From: an uncultured Acidimicrobiia bacterium
GTDB lineage: Bacteria > Actinomycetota > Acidimicrobiia > Acidimicrobiales > AC-14
NCBI GenBank assembly: GCA_963836205.1
Contig: CAWIIV010000009.1
Coordinates: 1 to 55,832, forward strand
DNA: 55,832 bases
Direction of reading: 5' to 3'
A model generated the notes under the pieces. It made no database searches, was not told the DNA's origin, and saw only the letters and a program-made list of their open reading frames with translations. The position numbers and the translations under genes are program-made. The first letter of the stretch is position 1; every line of letters starts with the position of its first letter. This document shows positions 1-10,113 of this stretch, piece after piece.

Positions 1-82
<82 letters not shown>

Positions 83-153
83 GAGTGGAAGTCCAACGGT
101 AGCCGACTCCCTACGCCTGGGTTCCTGGTCTCGTGGGTATGCTCGGCCGTGCG

Positions 154-810
154 ATGGGATTGAACCAGTTCGAACAGCGGCTGGAGCGGCTGGTCGAAGG
201 AGTGTTCGCCAGGACGTTCCGCAGCGGGCTCAAGCCGGTGGAGCTCGCCCGCCGCCTGACCCGGGAGATGGACCTCCACCGGGTGGTCGGGGTGAGCGGC
301 CTCATCTCGCCCAACCGCTTCGAGATCGCCATCAGTCCGTCCGACTACGAGCAGTTCGAGTCGTACGCCGAGGCCCTCACCCGTGAACTGAGCGATGCGG
401 TTCGGGCCCACGCCCGGGAGGAGACATATGCCTTCGTGGGCCCGGTGCACGTGGAGATCAACGCCGACGAGAGCGTGGGCGTGGGCGAGTTCCTCGTGGC
501 GAGCGAGATCGCGGAGGCACCGGGCGGGGCGGCGGTGGGCAGCCTGTCGCTCACCGACGGCACCCGGATCGGTATCGGCGAGGAGCCGGTGACGATCGGA
601 CGCCTGCCCGAGTGCGACGTCATCCTGGGCGACCCCAACGTGAGCCGGCGCCACGCCGAGATCCGCCGGCAGGGGACCGGGTTCGTCGTCGTCGACCTCG
701 GTTCCACCAACGGCACCCGGGTCAACGGTGCCGGCGTGAAGGAACGACGACTGGTGGACGGCGACGAGATCACCGTCGGCGGCACGCGAATCCGCTTCGA
801 GGCCTCCTAG
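154..810 (+). CDS. fhaA: FhaA (DUF3662 + FHA domain)
   Basis: N-terminal FEQRLERLVEGVFAR..KPVELARRL; C-terminal FHA motifs IGR, SRRHA, DLGSTNGT. Start set at ATG 154 (track starts at 133). Confidence 0.92.
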   Translation: MGLNQFEQRLERLVEGVFARTFRSGLKPVELARRLTREMDLHRVVGVSGLISPNRFEIAISPSDYEQFESYAEALTRELSDAVRAHAREETYAFVGPVHVEINADESVGVGEFLVASEIAEAPGGAAVGSLSLTDGTRIGIGEEPVTIGRLPECDVILGDPNVSRRHAEIRRQGTGFVVVDLGSTNGTRVNGAGVKERRLVDGDEITVGGTRIRFEAS

Positions 811-821
811 CCCCCAGGCCT

Positions 822-1316
822 ATGCCCGACAGCGTCCTGACGATCCTCAAGTTCTGCTTCCTGGCCCTGCTCTACCTCTTCTTCATCCGCGTCCTGCGGG
901 CGGTGTGGGTGGAGGTCAGCGGCCGGGCCCCGACGGCCCGCACGGTGGCCGCCAACTACGGGTCCACCCCCGCCGCCCGCCCCACCCGCAGCCGGGTGGG
1001 CGACATGCGGGCCGCGGTCGGGGGCAAGAACGGCACCCGGCTCAAGGTCATCGAGCCGCCCGAGACCAGAGGCAAGGTCTACGAGCTCACCGACGAGCTC
1101 ACCATGGGCCGGGCGACGGGCTGCCACATCACCCTCGACGACACCTACGTCTCGCAGTTGCACGCGCGCGTCTTCAAACGGGACGGCCAGGTCTTCATCG
1201 AGGACCTGGGGTCGACCAACGGCACCTACGTCAACCGGACCAAGGTGACCGCCCCCCTGGTGGTTCGCCGCGGCGACCGCCTCCAGGTGGGCAAGACGGT
1301 GATGGAGGTGACGTGA
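822..1316 (+). CDS. fhaB: FhaB/FipA membrane-anchored FHA protein
   Basis: N-terminal TM helix (FCFLALLYLFF), FHA motifs GR/SQLHA/DLGSTNGT, synteny. Confidence 0.9.
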   Translation: MPDSVLTILKFCFLALLYLFFIRVLRAVWVEVSGRAPTARTVAANYGSTPAARPTRSRVGDMRAAVGGKNGTRLKVIEPPETRGKVYELTDELTMGRATGCHITLDDTYVSQLHARVFKRDGQVFIEDLGSTNGTYVNRTKVTAPLVVRRGDRLQVGKTVMEVT

Positions 1317-2665
1317 CCACCCTCAAGGCGGGTGCCGCCACCGACGTGGGCCGGGTGCGTCAGATCAACGAGGACCGTTTCCTCTGCGAGGACGACTTGT
1401 TCGCGGTGGCCGACGGCGTGGGCGGCCACCAGGCGGGCGAGGTCGCGGCCCAGACCGCGGTCGAGACCCTGGTGAAGGCGTTCCTTGCCCGGGGCCGAAC
1501 CACCGACGGCCTGGTCGACGCCATCCAGGACGCCAACGAGGCGGTGTGGCGGCTGGCCCAGACCACCAGCGAGAAGCGGGGCATGGGCACCACCATCACC
1601 GCCGCCGCCCTGGTACGGCAGGACGGCGAGGAGCTGTTGGCCCTGGTCAACGTGGGCGACTCCCGGGTCTACCGGTTGCAGGACGGCGAACTGCTCCAGC
1701 TCACCGACGACCACAGCCTGGTGGAGGAGATGGTGCGGGAGGGCAAGCTCACCCGGGAGGAGGCGGGCGTCCACCCCCAGCGCTCGATCATCACCCGGGC
1801 CCTGGGCATGGAGCCCGACATCGAGGTCGACTCGTGGGAGCTGATCCCCTACCGGGGCGACCGGCTCCTGCTCTGCAGCGACGGCCTTACCAACGAGCTG
1901 AGCGACGACCGCATCGCCGCCACCCTGCGCCAGGTGGCCGACCCCCAGGAGGCGGCCCAGGACCTGGTCCGCCAGGCCCGGGCCGAGGGCGGGGGCGACA
2001 ACATCACCGTGGTCGTGGTCGACGTGGTCGATGACGAGGGGCGGGCCGAGAAGGCGTCGGAGGAACTGGCCAAGGACGCGGTGCTCGCCGGTGCCGCCAA
2101 CAGCATGCACCGCGGCGGTCCGCCGACCATGCCAGTGGCCCGCGTCGACGCACCCACCGAGGAGGACGTCCCCCGACCCCGGGCCGCGGTCGCCTCGGCC
2201 ACCCTCGACCCGCCCCCGCCCCCACGGCCGCCGGCGCCCCCCGCCCCCCCGGCCGCACCCAAGCGCTTCACCTGGCGGGTGGCCGGTTTCGCCCTCCTGC
2301 TGCTGGCCGTGGTGTTGGGGACGATGGCGGCCATCGGCTGGTACGCCCGCAGCACGTACTACGTCGGCTTCGCCGGCGATCAGGTGGCCATCTACAAGGG
2401 CCGCCCGGGCGGGGTCCTGTGGTTCAAGCCCACCCTGCGGGAGCGCAAGCCCCTGACCCGGGCCGAGGTGCCCGCCACCTACCTGGCCGACGTGGAGAAG
2501 GGCAAGGAGGTCGACTCCAAGGCCGAGGCCGACCGCTACGTCACCAACCTCCGCGACAAGCACCTGGAGGAGGAGCGGGCGGGCGCCACCACGTCGACCA
2601 CCACCGCCCTCCCGGCCACGACGATCCCGCCCAACACTGTTCCCGCACTGGAACCGCCCCCTTGA
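1313..2665 (+). CDS. pstP: PP2C-type Ser/Thr phosphatase PstP
   Basis: Motifs TDVGRVRQINED, VADGVGG, GMGTT, NVGDSR, LCSDGL, GGGDNIT; TM helix and extracellular domain; GTGA overlap with fhaB. Confidence 0.94.
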   Translation: MTTLKAGAATDVGRVRQINEDRFLCEDDLFAVADGVGGHQAGEVAAQTAVETLVKAFLARGRTTDGLVDAIQDANEAVWRLAQTTSEKRGMGTTITAAALVRQDGEELLALVNVGDSRVYRLQDGELLQLTDDHSLVEEMVREGKLTREEAGVHPQRSIITRALGMEPDIEVDSWELIPYRGDRLLLCSDGLTNELSDDRIAATLRQVADPQEAAQDLVRQARAEGGGDNITVVVVDVVDDEGRAEKASEELAKDAVLAGAANSMHRGGPPTMPVARVDAPTEEDVPRPRAAVASATLDPPPPPRPPAPPAPPAAPKRFTWRVAGFALLLLAVVLGTMAAIGWYARSTYYVGFAGDQVAIYKGRPGGVLWFKPTLRERKPLTRAEVPATYLADVEKGKEVDSKAEADRYVTNLRDKHLEEERAGATTSTTTALPATTIPPNTVPALEPPP

Positions 2666-3999
2666 TGCAGCGTGACCCGGTGGTCGCCGTACGCCGGACG
2701 ACCGAGCTGGGCCTGCTGGTCCTGGCCGGGGTTGTCACCGGCGGCGCCTACGTGCTGGCCGCCCTCGGGCGCAGCTCGTCGCTGCCGGCCAACCTCGTCC
2801 CGCTCCTCCTCGTCATTCTCGGCCTCCTGGTGGTGGCCCACGTGGCCGTGCGCAAGCTGGCCCCCGGCGCCGATCCCCTGCTCCTGCCACTGGCAGGGCT
2901 GCTGAACGGCATCGGCTACGTGTTCGTGGCCCGCCTCCGTCCCGATCTGGCCGGGTTCCAGTCGATGTGGACGGTGATCGGCATCGGCGCCTTCGTCGCC
3001 ACCCTGGCCCTCGTCCCCCGCACCCGGAACATCGAGCGCTTCCGCTACACCCTGGCCCTGTTCGGGATCGGCCTGCTGCTGATGCCCCTCCTCCCGGTGC
3101 TGGGGCAGAACATCAACGGCTCCCGGCTGTGGGTGAAGCTGGGGCCGGTGAGCTTCCAGCCGGGGGAGCTCTCGAAGATCGTGCTGGTCGTGTTCTTCGC
3201 GTCCTACCTGGTGGAGAAGCGGGAGCTGCTCTCCATGGGCACCCATCAGGTGGCGGGCATGTGGCTGCCCGAGATCCGCCATCTCGGCCCCATCGTCCTG
3301 GCCTGGAGCTTCTCCCTCGTCATCATGTTCTTCGAGAAGGACCTGGGCTCGTCTCTCCTGTTCTTCGCCCTGTTCATCACCATGCTGTGGCTGGCCACCG
3401 CCCGGGGGGTGTACCTGGGTATCGGCGGGATCATGTTCGCCCTCGGCGCCTTGCTGGCCTACACGTCGTTCGACCACGTCCGCACCCGGGTCTCGATCTG
3501 GCTGAACCCCTGGAAGGTGGCCAACGACGCCGGCTACCAGATCATCCAGGCCCTGTTCGCCTTCGCCGCGGGAGGGCTGGCGGGCGCCAACCTCGGCCAG
3601 GGAAGTCCCCAGCGCATCCCGGCGGTTGCCACCGACTTCACGTTCGCCGCCATCGGTGAGGAGCTGGGCCTGCTGGGGACGGTGGCCATCCTGATGAGCT
3701 TCCTGCTCATGATCGGCGCCGGCCTGCGGATCGCCATGCGGGCCGAGCCGCCGTTCGAGAAGCTGCTGGCCGCCGGCCTCACCGCCATCCTCGGCATCCA
3801 GAGCTTCATCATCCTGGGCGGGGTCACCCGCCTCGTTCCCCTCACCGGCATCACCCTGCCGTTCGTCTCCTACGGGGGTTCGTCGCTGATCTCGAACTAC
3901 ATCCTCCTGGCCCTGCTCCTGCGCATCTCCGACGACCAGGCCCATCGGGCGGCCCAGGCGGCCGGCGCCCAGGACTCGACCCAGCTCGGCGCCCGATAA
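2665..3999 (+). CDS. rodA: SEDS family protein RodA/FtsW
   Basis: Multi-TM; motifs SFQPGE, KDLG, TDFTF..IGEELG, PLTGITLPFVSYGGSS; TGATG overlap with pstP. Confidence 0.94.
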   Translation: MQRDPVVAVRRTTELGLLVLAGVVTGGAYVLAALGRSSSLPANLVPLLLVILGLLVVAHVAVRKLAPGADPLLLPLAGLLNGIGYVFVARLRPDLAGFQSMWTVIGIGAFVATLALVPRTRNIERFRYTLALFGIGLLLMPLLPVLGQNINGSRLWVKLGPVSFQPGELSKIVLVVFFASYLVEKRELLSMGTHQVAGMWLPEIRHLGPIVLAWSFSLVIMFFEKDLGSSLLFFALFITMLWLATARGVYLGIGGIMFALGALLAYTSFDHVRTRVSIWLNPWKVANDAGYQIIQALFAFAAGGLAGANLGQGSPQRIPAVATDFTFAAIGEELGLLGTVAILMSFLLMIGAGLRIAMRAEPPFEKLLAAGLTAILGIQSFIILGGVTRLVPLTGITLPFVSYGGSSLISNYILLALLLRISDDQAHRAAQAAGAQDSTQLGAR

Positions 4000-4023
4000 G
4001 CGTGCCCCGATGAGCGTGACCGG

Positions 4024-5478
4024 ATGAACACCCAGATCCGCACGCTCGGGATCGTGCTGATGGTGATGTTCAGCGCCCTGTTCGTGCAGCTCAACAACCT
4101 CCAGGTCTTCAGCGCCAACAAGCTCAACAACCACCCGGCCAACACCCGCACCGTGGTGCGCGACTTCTCCCAGCCGCGGGGAGCCATCCAGACCTCCGAC
4201 GGGGTGGTGATCGCAGAGTCGGTTGAGGTCGACGACGCCTTCGAGCGCCAGCGCCGCTACCCCGAGGGCGAGCTGTTCGCCCACGTCACCGGATACTTCT
4301 CGTTCACGTTCGGGGACGAGGGGGTGGAGCGCACCTACAACGACGCCCTCACCGGCCGCGACCGGGAGATCACCCTCGACCGGCTGGGCGACATCCTGCT
4401 CGACAAGGACAAGACGGCCGACGTGACCCTGACGGTGTCGAAGTCGCTGCAACAGATCGCCACCGACGGGTTGGCCGGGCGCAAGGGCTCGGTGGTGGCC
4501 ATCGATCCCCGCAACGGGGCCATCCTCGCCCTCGCCGACTACCCGTCGTACGACCCCAATGTGCTGGCCAGCCACAACCAGGACGACGTCCGCCGGGCGT
4601 GGGCCGACCTCAACGCCGACGAGGACCGTCCCCTCCTTCCCCGCACCTACCGCGAGCGCTACTTTCCGGGGTCGAGCTTCAAGGTGGTGACCGCCGCCGC
4701 CGCCCTGGCCTCGGGTGCCGCCACCCTCACCCAGCCGGTGTACCCCACGCTCACCGAGCTGCCCCTGCCCCAGAGCGTGGAGCCGCTGCGCAACTTCGGG
4801 GGCTCGGCCTGTGGCGGCCCCCTGCCGGAGATCCTCCGGATCTCGTGCAACACCGCCTTCGCCCAGCTGGGCCTCGACATGGGCGCCCAGACGCTGGCCG
4901 ACGGCGCCAACCGGTTCGGGTTCAACAAGGTCCCGCCCATCGACCTGCCGTTCGGGGCGCAGTCGGTGTTCCCCGACCCGAGCGCGTTCGCCCGGGACAA
5001 GCCGGCGCTGGCCAAGTCGGCCATCGGCCAGCAGGACGTGGCCGCAACCCCCCTGGAGATGGCCCTGGTGGCGGCCGGGATCGCCAACAACGGCGTGATC
5101 ATGACCCCCCACGTGATGGCCGAGGTTCGCGACAGCCAGGCCGACGTCCTCGACCGGTACGAGCCGAAGCCGTGGATGGAGGCGGTGCCGCCCGAGGTGG
5201 CCCGCGCCGTGCGGGACATGATGGTGGGGGTGGTGGCCTCGGGTTCGGGCGCCAACGCCCAGATCCCGGGCGTGAGCGTGGCCGGCAAGACCGGTACCGC
5301 CCAGACCGGGCTGGGCACGTCGCACACCTGGTTCATCGCCTTCGCCCCCGCCGAGGCCCCCCGGGTGGCGGTGGCGGTCATGCTCGAGAACCAGCCCAGC
5401 GCCAACGAGTTCACCGGGGGGGCGCTGGCCGCCCCCATCGCCCGCGACGTGATGGTGGCGGCGTTGGGGGCCACCTGA
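4024..5478 (+). CDS. pbpA: Class B penicillin-binding protein PbpA
   Basis: SxxK (PGSSFK), SxN (SCN) and KTG (AGKTGTA) motifs; follows rodA. Confidence 0.94.
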   Translation: MNTQIRTLGIVLMVMFSALFVQLNNLQVFSANKLNNHPANTRTVVRDFSQPRGAIQTSDGVVIAESVEVDDAFERQRRYPEGELFAHVTGYFSFTFGDEGVERTYNDALTGRDREITLDRLGDILLDKDKTADVTLTVSKSLQQIATDGLAGRKGSVVAIDPRNGAILALADYPSYDPNVLASHNQDDVRRAWADLNADEDRPLLPRTYRERYFPGSSFKVVTAAAALASGAATLTQPVYPTLTELPLPQSVEPLRNFGGSACGGPLPEILRISCNTAFAQLGLDMGAQTLADGANRFGFNKVPPIDLPFGAQSVFPDPSAFARDKPALAKSAIGQQDVAATPLEMALVAAGIANNGVIMTPHVMAEVRDSQADVLDRYEPKPWMEAVPPEVARAVRDMMVGVVASGSGANAQIPGVSVAGKTGTAQTGLGTSHTWFIAFAPAEAPRVAVAVMLENQPSANEFTGGALAAPIARDVMVAALGAT

Positions 5479-5522
5479 CCCACTGAGGCTCCGCCGGCGG
5501 GGGCGACCAGTAGGCTGGCGCG

Positions 5523-7382
5523 GTGGCCTCGCAGGTGTTCACCGGCCGCTATCAGATCGTCCGTCAAGTGGCTCGGGGCGGCATGGCCGAGGTGTATTTG
5601 GCGCGCGACCTGCTCCTCGACCGGCCGGTGGCCCTGAAGGTCCTCTTCCCGGAGTTCTCAAGCGACGCGTCCTTCGTCGAGCGCTTCCGCCGGGAGGCCC
5701 GGGCCGCGGCCAACCTCAACCACCCCGGGATCGTGTCCATCTACGACTGGGGCAACGACGGCGGCAAGTACTTCATCGTCATGGAGTACGTCGACGGCAA
5801 GACCCTGCGGGAGGTGATCCGGGCCGAGGGCCCCCTCCTGGCCCACCGGGCAGCCGAGATCGGGGCCGACATCGCCAGCGCCCTGCAGTTCGCCCACGAC
5901 CACCGCACGTTCCACCGGGACGTGAAGCCGGGCAACATCATGATCACCGGACACCAGGTGAAGGTCACCGACTTCGGGATCGCCCGGGCCGGCGACCCCG
6001 GGGAGGCGCTCACCCAGGTGGGGGCGGTGATGGGCACCGCGACCTACTTCTCGCCCGAGCAGGCCCAGGGCCACGACGTCGACGGCCGCAGCGACGTCTA
6101 CTCCCTCGGTGTCGTCCTCTACGAGATGGTCACCGGCCGGCCCCCGTTCAAGGGCGACAACCCGGTGGCCATCGCCTACCAGCACGTGCGGGAGGAACCC
6201 ATCCCGCCCAGCGAGATCAACCCGGATGTCCCCCGCGTCTTCGACGCCATCATCCTCAAGGCCATGGCCAAGGACCGCGACCAGCGCTACCAGAGCGCCG
6301 ACGCCCTCCGGGCCGACCTGCTGCGCTACGCCAACGGCCAGCCGGTGTCGATCGAGCCCGCGGTGCCCACCCCGCTGGCCCGGCCGCCGTCGGCCACCCG
6401 CCGAGCCCCGGCAGCTCCGCCCCGGCCGCCGGTGGGGGCCGCGGTCACGGGCGTCATGCCCCGCACCATCGGCGGGCCCAACGGGTCGGGGGTCGAGGGC
6501 ACCCGCATCGCCACCGCCGGCGACCGGGTGGTCGAGTACGAGGAGCCGCCCCGGCAGCGCACGGGGATCTACATCGGGATCCTCGTCGTCCTGCTCGTGA
6601 TCCTGGGCGGCCTGCTCTACCTGCTCAGCCGGGAGCTCGGCGTCGGCAACAGCAACGCCGAGATCTCCATGCCCACCGTGATCGGCAAGACCGAGATCGA
6701 GGCCAACGCCCTCCTGCGCGACGCCGGCCTGCGGGTGACCAAGAAGGAGGTCACCGACGAGGCCAACGAGGCGGGGAAGGTCATCGACCAGGACCCCGAT
6801 CCCGGCGTGCAGGTGAAGAAGGACTCCGAGGTGACCATCACGGTCAGCCAGGGGGCTCCGTCGGCCACCATCCCCGACGTCAAGGGGCGCAAGGTCGACG
6901 CCGCCACCGAGGCCCTCGAGGCCGACGGGTTCCAGGTGCGGACCGTGCGCCGCACCGACCTGGCGGCCGCGGTCGACATCGTCATCGAGCAGGATCCCAA
7001 GCCGGGACCGGGCAAGCGGGGGGCCGTCGTCACCCTCACCGTGTCCAACGGGCCCGAGCAGGTGCGGGTGCCGGAGGTGCGGGGACGGCCGGAGGGCGAG
7101 GCCGCCAACCTCCTCGGTCAGTCGGGATTCAAGACGAGGACGAGCGTCGAGCAGAGCGCCACCGTGGGCGCGGGCCTGGTGATCCGCACCGAGCCCGACG
7201 CCGGCACCCGCCTCGACAAGGGGGAGACCGTCACCCTGGTGGTGTCGAACGGTGCCCCGGCCACGACGTCGCCGCCGACCAGCGAGGCCCCCCCGACCAC
7301 GTTCGGACCCATCATCACCCTCCCGACGACGGTGCCCACCACCGACCCGCCGAGCACCACCAGCACGACCGAGGCGCCCTGA
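5523..7382 (+). CDS. pknB: Ser/Thr kinase PknB with 3 PASTA domains
   Basis: GGMAEVY, HRDVKPGN, DFG, SPEQ; TM helix; three PASTA repeats (MPTVIG, IPDVKG, VPEVRG). Confidence 0.95.
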   Translation: MASQVFTGRYQIVRQVARGGMAEVYLARDLLLDRPVALKVLFPEFSSDASFVERFRREARAAANLNHPGIVSIYDWGNDGGKYFIVMEYVDGKTLREVIRAEGPLLAHRAAEIGADIASALQFAHDHRTFHRDVKPGNIMITGHQVKVTDFGIARAGDPGEALTQVGAVMGTATYFSPEQAQGHDVDGRSDVYSLGVVLYEMVTGRPPFKGDNPVAIAYQHVREEPIPPSEINPDVPRVFDAIILKAMAKDRDQRYQSADALRADLLRYANGQPVSIEPAVPTPLARPPSATRRAPAAPPRPPVGAAVTGVMPRTIGGPNGSGVEGTRIATAGDRVVEYEEPPRQRTGIYIGILVVLLVILGGLLYLLSRELGVGNSNAEISMPTVIGKTEIEANALLRDAGLRVTKKEVTDEANEAGKVIDQDPDPGVQVKKDSEVTITVSQGAPSATIPDVKGRKVDAATEALEADGFQVRTVRRTDLAAAVDIVIEQDPKPGPGKRGAVVTLTVSNGPEQVRVPEVRGRPEGEAANLLGQSGFKTRTSVEQSATVGAGLVIRTEPDAGTRLDKGETVTLVVSNGAPATTSPPTSEAPPTTFGPIITLPTTVPTTDPPSTTSTTEAP

Positions 7383-7387
7383 CGACA

Positions 7388-7493
7388 GTCGGGGGGCTCC
7401 GCCCCCCGACGGCCCCCCGACTCAACGGCATGGAGTGCCTTCGGCACCTGCTTTTTGTTCCGCCAGGCGGATCGGCGCCTTCGGCGCCTGCCT
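7388..7493. terminator. Cluster of GC-rich hairpins between convergent pknB and trpG
   Basis: GTCGGGGGG-CTCCG-CCCCCCGAC (7388-7410); GTGCC-TTC-GGCAC followed by TTTTT (7435-7456); GGCGCC-TTC-GGCGCC (7474-7488). Confidence 0.5.
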
Positions 7494-7564
7494 GGCGGTG
7501 GCGCCTGCGGCGCTGGGCTGCAAGTGGCCCTCGACCTGCCATCGACACCCTGCCCGGGCGGGGA

Positions 7565-8161
7565 TTACGGCGTAGGGGTGGCGATCGCTGTCTGGGCCAG
7601 GAAGTTCTTCAGGAGGTCGCGGCCGGCCTCGGTGAGGATCGACTCGGGGTGGAACTGCACGCCCTCCACCGCCATCTCCCGGTGGCGGAGGGCCATCACC
7701 ACGCCGTCGTCGGTCTCGGCGGTGACCTCGAGCACAGGGGGCATGGTGTCGCGGTCGACGACGAGGGAGTGGTAGCGGGTGGCTTGGAACGGCTGGGGCA
7801 GGCCGGCCAGGACGCCATCGCCCCGGTGGTGCACCAGCGAGGTCTTGCCGTGGACGACGGTGGGCGCCCGCACCACCTGTCCCCCGAACACCTGGCCGAT
7901 GCACTGGTGGCCGAGGCAGACCCCGAGGATGGGCGTGACCCCGGCGAACCTCTCGATCACCTCGTTGCTGACGCCGGCGTCCTCGGGACGGCCGGGACCG
8001 GGCGAGATGAGGATGGCGTCGGGGGCGAGGTCGGCCACCGCGGCGATGGTCAGGTCGTCGTGGCGGTGGACGATCGGCTCCGCCCCCAGCTCGCCCAGGT
8101 ACTGGACGAGGTTGTAGACGAACGAGTCGTAGTTGTCGATCACCAGCACCCTCGGGCCCAC
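7565..8161 (-). CDS. trpG: Anthranilate/aminodeoxychorismate synthase component II (glutamine amidotransferase)
   Basis: [36 protein letters not shown]; GTG start at 8161. Confidence 0.94.
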   Translation of the reverse strand: MGPRVLVIDNYDSFVYNLVQYLGELGAEPIVHRHDDLTIAAVADLAPDAILISPGPGRPEDAGVSNEVIERFAGVTPILGVCLGHQCIGQVFGGQVVRAPTVVHGKTSLVHHRGDGVLAGLPQPFQATRYHSLVVDRDTMPPVLEVTAETDDGVVMALRHREMAVEGVQFHPESILTEAGRDLLKNFLAQTAIATPTP

Positions 8162-8215
8162 GGACGACGAGCGTAGGCGGGACGGCCGGGGGGTCGATCC
8201 TCTACTCTCGGCGCC

Positions 8216-8476
8216 ATGGCCAAGTCGACGAAACCCAAAGGTGGACGGGTCACGCCGCCGCAGAGCAAACGCTACACGCCGCCGGTGCCGAGGACGGAGA
8301 AGGTCAGCCCCCTGTGGGTGCCGATCGTGATGTTCACCACCCTCGGCCTGGGGATGCTGATCATCCTGGCCAACTACGTCGACCTGCTGCCCGGTGACGG
8401 CCCCAACAACTACTACCTGCTGGGCGGCCTCGCCCTCATCACCACCGGATTCATCACCGCCACCCGTTTGCACTGA
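8216..8476 (+). CDS. crgA: Cell division protein CrgA
   Basis: 86 aa, basic N-terminus (YTPP), SPxW motif, two TM helices; usual position divergent from trpG. Confidence 0.9.
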   Translation: MAKSTKPKGGRVTPPQSKRYTPPVPRTEKVSPLWVPIVMFTTLGLGMLIILANYVDLLPGDGPNNYYLLGGLALITTGFITATRLH

Positions 8477-8522
8477 GCCCCGCCGGGGTAGGTGTTTGCT
8501 TCAGGCCTGGGAACGCCATCGG

Positions 8523-8608
8523 TGTAATTACCCACAGGTAAGCCCCATCCTGGGGATTCCTGCGTCCCACGATTGTAATTACCCCCAAGTAAGTCCCAGT
8601 CTGGGGAT
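8523..8608. repeat. Two 35-bp direct repeats containing degenerate DnaA-box-like 9-mers
   Basis: TGTAATTACCCACAGGTAAGCCCCATCCTGGGGAT (8523-8557) vs TGTAATTACCCCCAAGTAAGTCCCAGTCTGGGGAT (8574-8608), 30/35 identical. Confidence 0.75.
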
Positions 8609-8880
8609 CACTCGAAGGGGGGAGCGACCAGGTCCATCTCCTCCTGGCAGTGCCTGGGCGGAAGCGGCAGCTCCTCGGTGGCCTGCACCATCCTCACCTC
8701 GGCCAGGCAGATCGAGCATCGGTAGCGGAGGTTGACCCGCCGCAGCAACCCCGGCTCGGGCGGGGGGTGGGGACGGGCCAGGCCGCCCACCATCACCATG
8801 CCGATGCGCATGAGCAGGACGAACACGGCGATGGCGATCACCACCTTGAGCAGGAACCCGAGCGTCAGGGCGACGATCAC
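8608..8880 (-). CDS. Small membrane protein with CxxC...HC putative metal-binding motif
   Basis: GTGA-coupled to the thiolase stop; N-terminal TM helix, then YRCSICLAE...PRHCQEEM. Confidence 0.75.
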   Translation of the reverse strand: MIVALTLGFLLKVVIAIAVFVLLMRIGMVMVGGLARPHPPPEPGLLRRVNLRYRCSICLAEVRMVQATEELPLPPRHCQEEMDLVAPPFE

Positions 8881-10070
8881 ACGCGCTCCAGGACGAGGGC
8901 GTTGGCCATCCCGCCACCCTCGCACATGGTCTGCAGCCCGTAGCGCCCGCGGCTGCGCTCGAGCTCGCACAGGAGGGTGGCGGTGAGGCGGGCGCCCGAG
9001 CACCCGAGGGGGTGGCCCAGGGCGATGGCCCCGCCGTTGACGTTGACCCGCTCCGGATCGGCGGGGTGCTCGGCGGCCCACGCCAGCACGACCGAGGCGA
9101 AGGCCTCGTTGACCTCGAAGCGGTCGATGTCGTCGAGGACGAGGCCGGCTCGGCGCAGGACCTCGGTGGTGGCGGGGACGGGGCCGGTGAGCATCATCAC
9201 CGGGTCGACGCCGACGACCGCGAACGAAACCAGCCGGGCCCGGGGGATGAGGCCGAGCGCCGCCGCCCGGGCCTCGCTCATGATCAACACCGCCGCCGCG
9301 CCGTCGGTGATCTGGGACGAGTTGCCGGCGGTGATGCGGCCCCCATTCTCGAAGGCGGGCTTGAGGGCGGCCAGGGCCTCCAGGCTGGTGTCGCGGCGGA
9401 TGCCCTCGTCGGTGCGCATCTCGACCTTGCCCTTGGGGGTGTCGACCGTCAGCGGCACGATCTCGCGGGCGAACCGTCCTTCGTCGGTGGCCGCCGCCGC
9501 CCGCTGGTGGCTGCGGAGGCTGTAGGCGTCGAGATCGTCGCGGGACAGGCCCCACTCGGTCGCGATGCGTTCGGCGGCGATCCCCTGGGGGACGAGCCCG
9601 CCCACGGGCAGGTAGCGCTGGTGCACGGTGGGGCCGAACGGCAGGCCGGGGCCGTTGATGATGGCCGACCCCATCGGGACCCGGCTCATCGACTCCACCC
9701 CGCCCGCCACCACCACCTCGTAGGCGCCGGCCATCACCCCCTGGGCCGCGAAGTGGATCGCCTGCTGGGACGAACCGCACTGCCGGTCGACGGTGGTGCC
9801 GGGCACGGATTCCGGGAACCCGGCGGCCAGGGCCGCGCTGCGGGCCACGTTGAGGGCCTGCTCCCCCGTCTGGCTGAAGCAGCCGAAGATCACGTCGTCG
9901 ATGGCGGCGGGGTCGAGGTCGTTGCGCTCGACCAGGGCTCGGAGGACCTCGGCCGCCAGGTCGACCGGGTGCCAGTGCCGCAGCCGGCCCAGGCGCCGGC
10001 CGAGGGGCGTGCGCACCGCGTCGACGATCACGGCGGGGACGACCGTGGAGGCGGGGGCGGGGGCGGCCAT
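8877..10070 (-). CDS. Acetyl-CoA C-acyltransferase (thiolase)
   Basis: DAVRTP, DRQCGSSQQA, NEAFA, NVNGGAIALGHPLG, MCEGGG motifs. Confidence 0.95.
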   Translation of the reverse strand: MAAPAPASTVVPAVIVDAVRTPLGRRLGRLRHWHPVDLAAEVLRALVERNDLDPAAIDDVIFGCFSQTGEQALNVARSAALAAGFPESVPGTTVDRQCGSSQQAIHFAAQGVMAGAYEVVVAGGVESMSRVPMGSAIINGPGLPFGPTVHQRYLPVGGLVPQGIAAERIATEWGLSRDDLDAYSLRSHQRAAAATDEGRFAREIVPLTVDTPKGKVEMRTDEGIRRDTSLEALAALKPAFENGGRITAGNSSQITDGAAAVLIMSEARAAALGLIPRARLVSFAVVGVDPVMMLTGPVPATTEVLRRAGLVLDDIDRFEVNEAFASVVLAWAAEHPADPERVNVNGGAIALGHPLGCSGARLTATLLCELERSRGRYGLQTMCEGGGMANALVLERV

Positions 10071-10113
10071 GGAGCCATTCTGCACGCCTCGTGGCGCAAC
10101 CTACGCTGCCCCG

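Noticed and set aside
8523-8608. Mini CRISPR array
   Set aside because: Only two degenerate repeats, a 16-bp spacer and no cas genes.
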